Part shown: positions 12,801 through 25,500 of the stretch, one piece after another | How the letters are laid out: each line of letters starts with the position of its first letter | How positions within the stretch are numbered: position 1 is the first letter of the stretch | DNA from: Scyliorhinus canicula | Lineage: Eukaryota | DNA: 64,000 nt | NCBI RefSeq assembly: GCF_902713615.1 | Contig: NC_052160.1 | Coordinates: forward strand, 65,771,402 to 65,835,401 | Direction of reading: 5' to 3' | Position numbers and translations under genes: made by a program | Notes under the pieces: generated by a model | Told to the model about the DNA's origin: nothing | The model's database searches: none | What the model saw: only the letters and a program-made list of their open reading frames with translations

Positions 12801-15800
12801 TGGACCTCTAACACCTCTCTCTCTTTAGCAATCTTTCAAAATGAGCCTGGGGCAAGAGCTCTCCCATGCAGTCTTAACATCAAGATGCTGCTGCACTGCA
12901 ACTTCCACACAGTTTTGGCTGATCAGGAAGTTCCCCTCCAAATCACACATTATCCTGATTTACATAGAATTTACAGTGCAGAAAGAGGCCATTCGGATTT
13001 GGAACTATATTGCTATTCTTGTTTACCTGCTTGACAAAGGCCTTAGGGATGAAGATGTGGAGGCACTGGAAGACAAACAAAAATCTGGGGAGGATCGTCA
13101 TTTTCACGGTCTGTACCCTCCCCGCCAACGATGGGATCGTTGTTATTGATATGGGTATTAACATTATATTCGTTACTGTTTATTGTTGGTGGGTGCAAAT
13201 TAGGGAGAAAATGTGAAAAAGGAGAATAAAAATATTTTTCAAAGAAAGAGGAAAAAGAGTCCTGTTCAGTTGTGCCCACATTGCTGCAGCAATAAATGAT
13301 CTGCTGTTCCATTGCAGATCAAATACATTGACAATAGAGAACTACACAGAAACATTACAAAAAGGTTTATTTTAATAGAGAAATATATTACTCACAGTAC
13401 TGTCTGTATCTGGGTTTCTGATATAATCAAGCAGAAGGTTCAATGCACTATTTACTTCCTCAATCCTCCCTAAAATTAAAATATTAATTTCAACAAAAAT
13501 TAAACCAATCTCTATATTGATGTAAAAAAATTTTTAGAATTCAAAACTATACAGACACAAAGCTCAGCAATGCTGAACAGCCGGCTGCGAATATAGGTTA
13601 ATGTTAATGTATGAGGACAAGAGGGAAAAACATCAACTGCATTTTCTACAAGTCTTACTCACCCCATTCTAAACAATAACTTTTGAAAAAATTCTATACT
13701 TTCAGTCATTAAGTTTCTGAAACAAACCTTTACTCAATTGCCTGGTCTACCCTTGGATTTAAAATCCTAGATTGGTAATCTAGAACTACTAGAACTAGGG
13801 CCTCACGGTAGCATGGTGGTTAGCATCAATGCTTCACAGCTCCAGGGTCCCAGGTTCGATTCCCGGCTGGGTCACTGTCTGTGTGGAGTCTGCACGTCCT
13901 CCCCGTGTGTGCGTGGGTTTCCTCCGGGTGCTCCGGTTTCCTCCCACAGTCCAAAGATGTGCCGGTTAGGTGGATTGGCCATGCTAAATTGCCCGTAGTG
14001 TAAGGTTAATGGGGGGGATTGTTGGGTTACGGGTATGTGGGTTTAAGTAGGGTGATCATTGCTCGGCACAACATCGAGGGCCGAAGGGCCTGTTCTGTGC
14101 TGTACTGTTCTATGTTCTATGGTAAGTTTTACCAAAAGTTTGAATCACTGAAGATGTTTATTCAAGGGTAAATATGACCAATGAACAAAAATCCACTGCA
14201 ATATTTTTATTCATTTTCTTGTATGCTTAGCTACCAGTCTGCTATCAAGGCTTCAGAATACAGACGTTTGGCAGTGATTAATGCCTCAGAGACAAGTGCA
14301 TCATTTTTCCTTCATTCATAGGGGATGTTTCACATTTTAAGCTCAAGAAGGTACTTTCTGGAAGAAGTATGAGCTACTATCGGTCTTAAAATGATCAGAT
14401 ATATTTACATCAAAGGCCAGAAAACTTCAATGCTTTATCATCGCTTCTGCTTTATTTCATACCTGCCCATTGGGGGATTGCACCAAGAACATCTATTCCT
14501 GCTCTCTGAACTTTGATGCATCCAATCAGATGTCTGCTAATACTGACGCCAGCTGAAGTGGTGGGAATAGCAGTTCCAATGCACAGCTTTAGGACTGTAA
14601 GCACCGAGTGAATCAAAGCTTGGTACGGCAACTCTATTCTCTGAGAAGGCTGAAGAAGAGAAATAAAATTAACACTTTTAGCTTTATTTTACACACAGGG
14701 TGCATGATTAAAATTAATTTATATTTAGCCCCAATAAATTTTCTTTCTTGGGAGTCAAACACATGAAAACTTCTCTGGAGGAAAAGGAATACTTTCTGTA
14801 GGTTAAGACAACCAATATCAATTGTTTTTTTAACTGCTTCTAGGTATAAAACCAAAGATAGAGCAAGATTTCTTCTGACACTCGTATAACATCTTTTATT
14901 TATTTCCTTGTTCATAATTCAGATTTCAGAGCTGAGAGGACAGCAGGAGAATTTCTAACATATCCTTATCTGCTTACCATTTGTAACAACTCCAAAAGAT
15001 GTAAAAGTGTTTGACAGAGCAAGTTGACACATGCGGATTTTCTGGATACTCGGTGCTCAATATCGACTCTATAGTTTGAAGATGCATCCAGTAAGACTGT
15101 AAATATAATGCACTTTCAGTTTTTGGGTTAATATGCACATAATATTAAAATACATAATATTAAATATGGAGTTGGTCACAGATCAGTCATGGTCTCATTA
15201 AATGTTGGGTCAGGCTTGAGGAGCTGAATGGCCTACTCCTGTTCCTATGTTCCAAGTACTGTATTGAGAGAATCAATTACTGTTTCATAGTTTGCAATTG
15301 TGGATTACAATCAGTAGTGGTTAAGACACTAATACATTTGGATAAGCACAATTTAATGGGGTGACTCCTCCTCCTCCAGGTACCAAGCCCTAAGAGGGCA
15401 TTGATGACCATGGACTTCCATTGGACTGGTCCATGATTACGTTTGTAAAGTACTGCAGGGTTGCCTTCAGCAGCATGGCTGACCAGGAAATTCTCCTCTC
15501 TTCCTGCCTACCATCAGGCATATTGGAAGATTTACAGGCGGATAATCAACCTGGATGGCTACATTCTGAATACACCATCTGTGACCATCAAGTCCTGAAG
15601 TGGGAATTGAACCCGGAGCCTCTTGCCCAGAGACAGGGATGCTACCCACAGCACCACAAGACCTCCCAATGGATGACTGCAATACATAAAATTTATCCAA
15701 AAAAAAAACAGTCTTTTTGGATTCTCCATTGAATTAGTATCATCTTCCTCTCCAAATCTATATGCCACTATTGATTGCTTATTCAGAATATGTCCAAGTT

Positions 15801-18800
15801 CCTGCAGGATGATCAGAAAATAGAAGGAAAAAGCAAAAGACATATTGTTTATCAAGTCTATCTTTTCTTACTGACTAAGGACTAAATGACACCAACACCT
15901 CGGATTTGGAAGTTCCACCCCTATTTCCAACTGAGGTAGAGTACGACTCACATATGGGGAAACCCAAGCTCAGCAGGGACATTTAAACTCAGTGCTGAGT
16001 TCAAACAGACCCCATTTTCGGTGAAGTGAGTGTCTAATCCTGCAGTGTGTGATTTATGATTTTTTTTTTTAAAGAGTAGGTGTAAATGCTCGTAGAAGGC
16101 AGATCAGGTCGATGGAGCTGTCAGGCGGTCAGCTTATTTAAAACCCCGGACTTCCGGTGGCGGCTATGAAGGAGTAAGTCGCACATTTGGTGGCTCCCGT
16201 TCTGGTCGGACATTTGGACCTTTTCCCCCGATTTTCTACCGGACTTGAACTGTAAAACTGAAGACAGAGGCAATTGTGTACTGAATTCCCACATTGGTGC
16301 ATGGAGAGAAGGACTAGAAGTGCTTGTAAAGGCAGAAGCAGAAAGACAGAGAAGGCTTGGGCTGAAGCTGCAGCGGGAGACAGCATGGCGGAGGACCGGA
16401 CCTCTGGCTTGTCGACCCAGTGGTCAACGGAGCAGCTGATGCAAGTTATTCAGGAAGGTTTTGCTAAGCAGAAACGGACTGTGGAACCAAAAAGAGTCGA
16501 TTGAGCGGCTGAAGCTTAGATTGGACGCCCAAGATCGGGCGATCCAGAAGGTGGAGAAGGCGCTGGCTGAGCAGGAGGAACATCAAACTGCAGTGGAGGT
16601 GGGGATGCTGAGAGACCAGCAGAAGAAGCTCCTGGAGAAGGTGGAGGACCTAGAGGATAGATTCCGCTGGCAGAACTTGAGAACCGTTGGGCTCCCGGAG
16701 GTGTCCGAAGGTGAGAAGCTGCTGGGGGATGAGGCATTCTCCCGACCCTTGGGAGGTGGACAGAGCTCACAGAGCACTCGTGAGGAAGCCACGGACGGGA
16801 GACCCCCCCCCCCCCCCCCCCCCCCCGAGGGCAATGGTGGTGAGATTCCATGAGTACTTCGATAAGGAGTGCATTCTACAGTGGGCCAAGCAAGCACGGA
16901 GCTGTTAAGTGGGACAATAGTATCCTGTGGGTCTACCAAGACCCGAGTGCGGAGGTGGCCAGGGGAAGAGCAGGCTTCAACCAGATTAGGTCGATCCTTT
17001 TTAAGAAAAAGATGAAGTTCGGACTGTTCAATCTGGCCCGTGTCTGGGTCACGTACGAGGCACAGCACTTTTATTTTGAGTCGCCTGAGGATGCGCTGGA
17101 CTTCGTGAAAAGGAAAGGACTGGTGGTGGACTGGGAACTTTTGAACTTTGTGCAAATTTATGATTTTTTTTTTTCGTTTCTCTGTTCTTTAAAAAAACGT
17201 TTCTCGTTTTTCATTTTGTGGAAGCTGTTTGTAAAGCCTTCTGTATTGATTTGGGACCAGTGGCAGAGCTGAGTGAGTTAAGGTTTTCATTTGCACTGTT
17301 GGGGGATGGATGTTTGTTTAGATTTTGCTGTTTTTCTGTCGGGCAATTGTGTGGGGATTGTTTGATGTTGGAGTATGTTTGCATGAGCGGTGGGGAGGGG
17401 ACAATAGGTGGGAGACTATCCAGCGCCAGGGATGGGGGCCACCAAACTAGCTGGGCGGGCTAGCTCATGGAAGTCCAGTGGGGGGGTGTGTGCATATGTT
17501 AGGTTTATCAAAGGGGTTGGGTTGCAGAGTGTTGTTACTGGGAGGGGGGGGGGGGGGGGGGGGAATGTTCTGCTGACGAGGGAGGGACTTGGGCCAAGGG
17601 ACAGAGAGGAGGTTGGGGGCGGAGGCTGCCTGGGGGTGGGCCGGTGGAGGCGTGGAGCATGGGCTAGAGGCAGGCCCAAAACAGGAGATGGCTGATCGGC
17701 GAAGGGGGGTGGGCAATGAGTCCCCACCTCGGCTGATCACCTGGAATGTTCGAGGGTTAAATGGGCCGGTCAAGAGGGCACGTGTGTTCGCACATCTCAG
17801 GGCGCTGAAGGCGGACGTGGTAATGTTGCAGGAGACGCACCTTAGAGTAACTGACCAGATTAGTTGAGGAAAGGCTGGATCAATCAGGTCTTTCATTCGG
17901 GACTGGATTCAAAGACTAGGGGGGTCACGATCCTGATCAATAAGCGAGTGGTGTTTGAGGCGGGTAGAATAGTTTTGGATGCGGGAGGTCGGTATGTTAT
18001 GGTCAGTGGGAAACTGGAGGGGATGCAGGTGGTATTAGTAAATGTGTATGCGCCAAATTGGGATGATGTGGAGTTTATAAAGAGGATGCTGGGGAAGATA
18101 CCGGACCTGGACCCGCACAGGTTGGTCATGGGAGGGGCATCTTCAACACAGTTGTTGACCCTGGCTTGGACCGCTCAAGCTCAAAAACGGGTAGGGTGCC
18201 AGCAATGGCAAAGGAACTAAAAGGGTTCATGGAGCTGATTGGGGGGGGGGGGGGGGGGGGGGGTGTGAGTGGATCCATGGAGATTTGGGCAGCTGAGGGT
18301 GAAGGAGTTCTCTTTCTAGTCACACGTGCATAAAGTGTACTCCTGGATCGATTTCTTCATTTTGAGCAGGGTCTTACTGGCAGTGGTGGTGTACAGTGGG
18401 TATTCGCCGACCACAATCGGTGTTTAAATGGGTCTTTTGTCTTCTGGATGTTGTTTGGGAATTTATCAAGGGTTATCTGTCAAGTACTGTATTCTTTGGG
18501 GATTTATTGGTGTTGATAGTTGTTAAGATGTTTACTGTGGGTTTATAAAGTGTTAACTGGTTTCATGAATAAACATTGTTTTAATTTAAAAGTGCTGTAA
18601 CACTCTGTTGAATGACACCTGAAAGGCAGGCCCATGAGCTCGCCATAACGATAGTAAATTCAAAGTTAAGGGTCAGGTGAACTCCATGATACACTTTGGG
18701 GTTCTCTAAACCCTGGAACTTAACACTAACAAGTAACAGATGGATAAAAGAGAGACGCAGGTGCACAGTGGCACATGGTTAGCACTGCTGCCTTAATGTG

Positions 18801-21800
18801 CCATTGACCCGGGTTCGATTCCAGCCTTGGGTGACTATCTGTGTGGAGTTTACACGTTCTCCCTGTGTCTGCGTGGGTTTCCTCCAGATGCTCTGGTTAT
18901 CTCCCACAGTCCAAAGTTGTGCAAGTTAGGTGGATTGGCCATGATAAATTGCCCCTTAGTGTCCAAAAGGTTAGATGGGGTTACAGGGATAGGGCGGGGG
19001 CGTGGGCTGAGGTAAGGTGCTCTTTCAGAGATGGGTGCAGACTCGATGGGCCAAATGGCCTCTGTAATGAACTCCAATTGGCTTTATTGGTTGGCCAATT
19101 GGAGTATGAGCTCCCTCAATGATAGGTCATTGAGGAGGTCCATATAATCACCTGTGTAGGCTTTGTGAGGCAGTCTTAGGTTGGCCTGGACTGCTAGCAG
19201 CACTGTTTGTAGCTGCTCCTGTAATATCGTTATTGTAAATAAATATTGGTGTGGTGACGGAACTCCTGCCTCCCGTGGATTACTACAGCTTCCTTCTGCA
19301 ATGTAAAGATTCTATGATATGGTCATTAAAGGGAAGGCAATATCTGGGGCACGTGCAGTTGTTGAAAGGGTAGAAGGTGAAAAATTATGTTCAGAGAACA
19401 TTTTCTAATTGGAGAGAGTTGTTTCGTGTTCAGCCCAAATGATCTGGGCCTGGGTATTGAGAGTACAATTTTGAAATTTGCAGATGATAGGAAAGTTTGC
19501 AAGATAATAAATAGTGAACAGTATGGTAGGCTTCGGGAGGATGTACACAGATTGGTGAAATGGCAGGCACAATTAAATGTGGATAAATGTGAAATGATGG
19601 GAGAAATAGCATGGGGAGGCAGTATCATCAAAATGATGCGAAGTTCATGATGTGGAGTTTATAAAGAGGATGCTGGGGAAACCTGGACGCACACAGGTTG
19701 GTCATGGGAGGGGACTTCAACACAGTTATTGACCCTGGCTTGGACCAGTCAAGCTCAGAAACGGGCAGGATGCCAGCAATGGCAAAGGAAGTAAAAGAGT
19801 TTGGGGGCCTTACTGGCAGTGGTGATGGACACGGGGCACTCGGCTATCACAATCTCAGACCATGCTCCACACTGGGTTGACCTGCAGGTTAGTAAAGGCA
19901 GTAACCAGCGCCCGCACTTGAGGTTTAGATGTGGCTCTTTTGGCTGACGAAGGGGTGTGCGAGCGGCTGAGGAAATGTATTCAGAATTACCTGCAGGTCA
20001 ACGACACGGGGGAAATTTCAGCGGCGATTGTCTGGGAAGCACTGAAGGCGGTGGTCAGAGGGGAGCTGATCTCGATACGGGCCCATAGGGAGAAGATGGA
20101 CAGGGCAGAGACGGGCCAACTGGTAAAGGAGGTACTACAGATCGATAGGAGGTATGCGGAGACCCCCAAGGCAGGGATTTTAAGGGAACGGCGGAGGCTA
20201 CAGGCAGAGTTTGTCTTGTTAACCACAGGGAGAGTGGTGGAGCAGCTGAGAAAGGCAAAGGAGGCGATCTATGAGTATGGAGAGAAGGCCAGCAGAATGC
20301 TTTCACAGCAGCTTAAAAAGAGGGAGGCAGCCAGGGAGATAGGGAAAGTAAATGACGGAGTTAGGAGCCTGGTTGCAGATTCAGTAGGGGTAAATAAGGC
20401 ATTTAGGGGTTTCTACAGTCGGCTGTATAGGTCGGAACCCCCTACGGGGCCGGAGGGAATGAGGCACTTCGTGGGCGGGCTGAATTTCCCAAAGCTGGAC
20501 GAGGAGCTGGTAGAAGGGCTGGGGGCACCGATCAGGTTGGAAGAGATAGTGGAGGGTCTGAAGGCCATGCAGCCGGGTAAAGCCCTGGGGCTGGATGGGT
20601 ACCCAGTGGAGTTTTATAAAAGGTTCTCTGGGATATTGGGGCCGGTGTTGTGAGGATGTTCAATGAGGCAAGGGAAAGAGGGGCACTGCCCCCGACGATG
20701 TCACAGGCTACGATTTTGCTGATTCTGAAGCGGGACAAGAACCCGGAGCTGTGTGGGTCCTACAGGCCGACATCCCTGTTGAATGTGGATACCAAACTGG
20801 GGAGGACCAAACGGGGTTTGTTAAAGGTAAGCAGTTGGCGGCCAACGTAAGACGGTTGTTAAATGTGATCATGCTGCCCCCGGAAGGTAGGGAAGTAGAG
20901 GTTGTGATCGCAATGGATGAAGAAAAGGCTTTTGATCGGGTAGAATGGGATTATCTGTGGGAGGTCCGGTTCGGATTTGGGCAGGGCTTAATTGACTGGG
21001 TCAGGTTGCTGTATCAGGCTCCTGTGGCAAGTGTACAGACGAATAAGGACAACATCGGACTATTTTAGACTGCACCGGGGGACGAGACGAGAGCCCCCTC
21101 TCCCCACTGTTGTTCACGCTAGCTATAGAACCGTTGAAAATTGCTCTGAGAGCCTCAAGGGGGTGGAAGGGGCTGGTCCGGAGGGTGGGTGGAGCATAGA
21201 GTCTCGATCTATGCAGATAACCTGCTTCTGTATGTGTCGGACCCATTGGAGGGGATGGAAGAAATCATGAGGATTCTGGGGGAATTTGGCTGGTTTTCGG
21301 GATATAAGCTAAATATGGGGAAAAGTGAGATGGTTGCGGTTCAGGCGAGGGGACAGGAGAGGCGATTGGGGAAGCTATCGCTTAGATTAGTAGGGGGAAG
21401 CTTTAGGTACCTAGGCATTCAAGCGGCTCGGGAATGGGACCGGCTGCATAAATTAAACCTGGCCCGGCTAGTAGACCAAATGAAGGACGATTTTCGGAGA
21501 TGGGACGCGCTCCTGTTGTCATTAGCTGGGAGGGTGCAGACGATGAAGATGACGGTCCTCCCGAGATTCCTGTCATGTTTCAATGTCTCCCCATCTTTAC
21601 TCGGCGGTCCTTTTTTAAACGGGTCAACAAAGTGATCTCTGACTTTGTTTGGGCGGGCAAGACTCCGCGGATAAGGAAGGTAATGCTTGAGCGGAGTCAG
21701 GGAGAGGGCAGGCTGCCGCTGCCAAATTTTAGTAACTATTATTGGGTGGCAAATATAGCCATGATCAGGAAGTGGGTGGTGGGGGTGGGGTCGGCATGGG

Positions 21801-22554
21801 AGCGTAAATAGGCGGCTTCATGCAAGGGCACCAGTTTAGGTACGTTGGTAACTGCGCCTCTGACCTTCCCGCTGGCATGGTACTCCACCAGCCCATGGTG
21901 GTGATGGCCCTGAGAGTCTGGGGGCAATGGAGGAGACATGTGGGAGCAGAGGGAGCATCGGTCTGGTCCCCAATCTGTAATAATCACCGGTTTGCCCGGG
22001 AAGTATGGATGGGGCGTTCCGGATATGGCTGAGAGCAGGGATTGAGAGGATGGGGGATATGTTTATAGAGGGGAGCTTTCCAAGTATGAGGGCGCTGGAG
22101 GAGAAGTTTGGGTTGGCGAGGGGAAACAAATTCAGGTATCTGCAGGTGCGGGACTTCCTACGTAAACAGGTGTCAACCTTCCCGCTCCTACCGCTAAGGG
22201 GGATTCAGGACATTGGGGATTTTGGCAGAGGTTTGCAGATGTCATGTGCACGGTGTTAAAAACAAGGTGGCGCTGAGTCCAGAGGTTGCGATTTTCGGGG
22301 TGTCGGAAGACCCGGGAATCCAGGAGGAGAAAGAGGCAGAGGTTCTGGCCTTTGCTTCCCTGGTAACCCGGAGACGGATACTATTAGCTTGGAGGGACTC
22401 AAAGCCCCCGAAGTCGGAGATCTGGCTATCTGGCATGGCTAGCTTTCTCTGTTTGGAGAAAATCAAGTTCGCCATGAGAGGGACATGGTTATGGTTCGCC
22501 CGGAGGTGGCAACCGTTCATTGACTTCTTCGCGGAAAATTAATCGGCAGCAGAA

Positions 22555-22587
<33 letters not shown>

Positions 22588-25500
22588 ATAGTTTAGCTTA
22601 CAGTAGGGGGTTAATAAAGGTGGAACCTGTAAGGGAGGTAGGCGGCTTTTGCACTATGTTTACAGTTTCATGTACATTGTTTATTGTGTTGTTATAACAC
22701 CAAAAAATACCTCAATAAAATGTTTATTAAAAAATAAACTTATTTAAAACCCCTGTCTCCCAGTTGAAAACAAATCAGTGCTAGCAGTTTGATTAGATGT
22801 TGACATAAGACTAAGGACCATCATTACGGCATTACATAGGAACAGGAGTAGGCCATTCAGCCCCTCGAACCTGTCTCGCCATTTAAGATCATGGCTGATC
22901 TGTGGGCCATCTCCATACATCTGCCTTTGGCCCATATCTCTTACTCTTTTTGTCTGTCTCAGATTTAAAATTATCAACTGTCTCGCTTCAACTGCTGTTT
23001 ATGGGCAAGAGTTCAAAACCTCGACCACCTTTGCGTGAAGAAGTGCTTCCTAACATCTCTCCTGAACAGTCTGGCCCTAATTTTTAGTCTATGCCCCTTA
23101 GTTACAGAATCTTCAACCAGTGGAAATAGCTTATCTTTATCTACCCTGTCTTTTCCTGTTAATATCTTGAACTATTTTCACAACCGGCTGCTTCCACAAC
23201 CTGTAATTATCACAATGTGGATGGGGAGGTGTAAATTCAGTTTGATTCAGAACTCAAAAGTGTTTTTTAAGGGATTAGCTGGCTTTGATGGGGGGTTATG
23301 AATACAAATGTTTGTTGTATATGGGATTATGTACTTGAGGGAATTTGGATTGGATTGGATTGGATTGGATTTGTTTATTGTCACGTGTACTGAGGTACAG
23401 TGAAAAGTATTTTTCTGCAAGCAGCTCAACAGATCATTAAGTACATGGGAAGAGAAGGGAATAAAAGAAAATACATAATAGGGCAACACAAGATATACAA
23501 TGTAACTACATAAGCACCGACATCGGATGAAGCATAGAGGATGCAGTGTTAATGAGGTCAGTCCATAAGAGGGTCATTTAGGAGTCTGGAAACAGCGGGG
23601 AAGAAGCTGTTTTTCAGTCTGTTCATGCGTGTTCTCAGACTTCTGTATCTCCTGCCCGATGGAAGAAGTTGGAAGTGAGTAAGCCGGGTGGGAGGGGTCT
23701 TTGATTATGCTGCCCGCTTTCCCCAGGCAGCGGGAGGTGTAGATGGAGTCAATGGATGGAAGGCAGGTTTGTGTTATGGACTGGGCGGTGTTCACGCTCT
23801 GAAGTTTTTTACAGTCCTGGGCCGAGCAGTTGCCATACCAGGATGTGTTGCAGATAGGATGCTTTCTATGGTGCATCTGTAAAATGTGGTACGGGTTAAT
23901 GTGGACATGCCGAATTTCCTTAGTTTCCTGAGGAAGTATAGGCACTGTTGTGCTTTCTTGGTGGTAACGTCGACGTGGGTGGGCCAGGACAGATTTTTGG
24001 AGATGTGTACCCCTAGGAATTTGAAACTGCTAACCATCTCCACCTCGGCCCCGTTGATGCTGACAGGGATGTGTACAGTACTTTGCTTCCTGAAGTCAAT
24101 GACCAGCTCTTTAGTTTTGCTGGCATTGAGGGAGATTGTTGTCGCTGCACCACTCCGCTAGGGTCTCAATCTCCCTCCTGTATTCTGACTTGTCGTTATT
24201 CGAGATCCGGCCCACTATGGTCGTATCCTCAGCAAACTTGTAGATGGAGTTGGAATCAAATTTTGCCACGCAGTCGTATGTGTACAGAGAGTAGAGTAGG
24301 GGGCTAAGTACGCAGCCTTGCGGGGCCCTGGTATTGAGGACTATCGTGGAGGTGGTGTTGTTGTTCATTCTTACTGATTGTGGTCTGTGGTTCCAGTTGC
24401 AGAGTAGGGAGCCAAGTCCTAGGTTTTGGAGCTTTGATATGAGCTTGGCTAGGATTGTGACGGAGCTGTAGTCAATAAATAGGAGTCTGATGTAGGAGTC
24501 CTTGTTGTTGAGATGCTCTAGGGATGAGTGTAGGGCCAGGGAAATGGCGTCTGCTGTGGACCGGTTGCGACGGTATGCGAATTGCAGTGGATCAAGGCAT
24601 TCTGGGAGTATGGAGGTGATGCGCTTCATGATCAACCTCTCGAAGCACTTCATTACGACTTAAGTCAGGGCCACCGGACTGTAGTCATTGAGGCACGTTG
24701 CCTGGTTCTTCTTTGACACCAGTATGATGGTGGTCTTCTTGAAGCAGGTGGGGACTTCGGAATGGAAGAGGGACAGGTTAAAGATGTCTGTGAACACCTC
24801 TGCCAGCTGGTCCTCGCAGGTTCTGAGTGCACGACCAGGGATCCCGTCCGGGCCCGTCGCCTTCCGAGAGTTCACTTTCAGGAAGGCCGATCTGACTTCG
24901 GAAGCTGTGATGGTGGGTATGGGTGAGTTATGGGCTGCTGGGGCACTCGACAGCGGATTGTTGGTTAAAAGTATTGAATGGGCTTTTAACAATGATTGTA
25001 TTTTTATCTAGTTAAGTCTGTAGTAGATAGAACTTTATTTTATTTCAGCTCAGCTCCTGAGGTCTGCCTTTGGTGGAGTTGGCTTGGATGGTGTAAAGGC
25101 AAAAGGTTGGTTGTGTGGGACATGGGCTGGCCTGAGTTCGCATGAGGAATGAAGGGGGCCATAAAGGAACATGAGCTAGAGGGCCTAATATTGAAGTCAC
25201 AGAGAGTCAAAGCAGGCCTTTTATCCAGCCCTTCTTGACACTCAGGAGCCGATTTCTGCCTCTAAACTGTTTATGGAAGCGGCGGACTGAACTCCAGCAT
25301 ACACCTGTGCTTCCCCTCCCAGAATAAAGATCCCTCAATTCAGAGCTCTTTTTTCTGAGGCAGGAGTGGTGAACTGGAACATTCCCCCGACTCTGCACAC
25401 CCACTCAGGATTAACAATCCAGGCCCAAGTTCCAATCATGGGCTCTTCACCAAATCTCTAATCTCTTAAAAGAGGCCTAGAAACTCAGGTAAAAGTTCAA

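Larger units (their letters stand above)
16148..22738 (+). mobile_element. Full-length, disrupted, chimeric L1-clade LINE (ORF1 ~16301-17150; ORF2 APE-RT ~17688-22542)
   Basis: ORF1 remnant (coiled coil, [10 protein letters not shown]); endonuclease ([22 protein letters not shown]); RT ([15 protein letters not shown]); G-rich 3' UTR with AATAAA; identical 15-bp TSD CTTATTTAAAACCCC at 16133-16147 and 22739-22753. Many frameshifts and stops. Confidence 0.95.

Noticed and set aside
13813-13998. Near-identical 61-aa ORFs at 13813 and 58376 suggesting a small gene family
   Set aside because: Both are chance frames through young copies of the same SINE.
22555-22586. Long G/C homopolymers (also at 16803, 17544, 18240 and 47221) as a G-quadruplex system
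   Set aside because: They are expansions of G-rich tracts within L1 copies, and their lengths are error-prone in assemblies.
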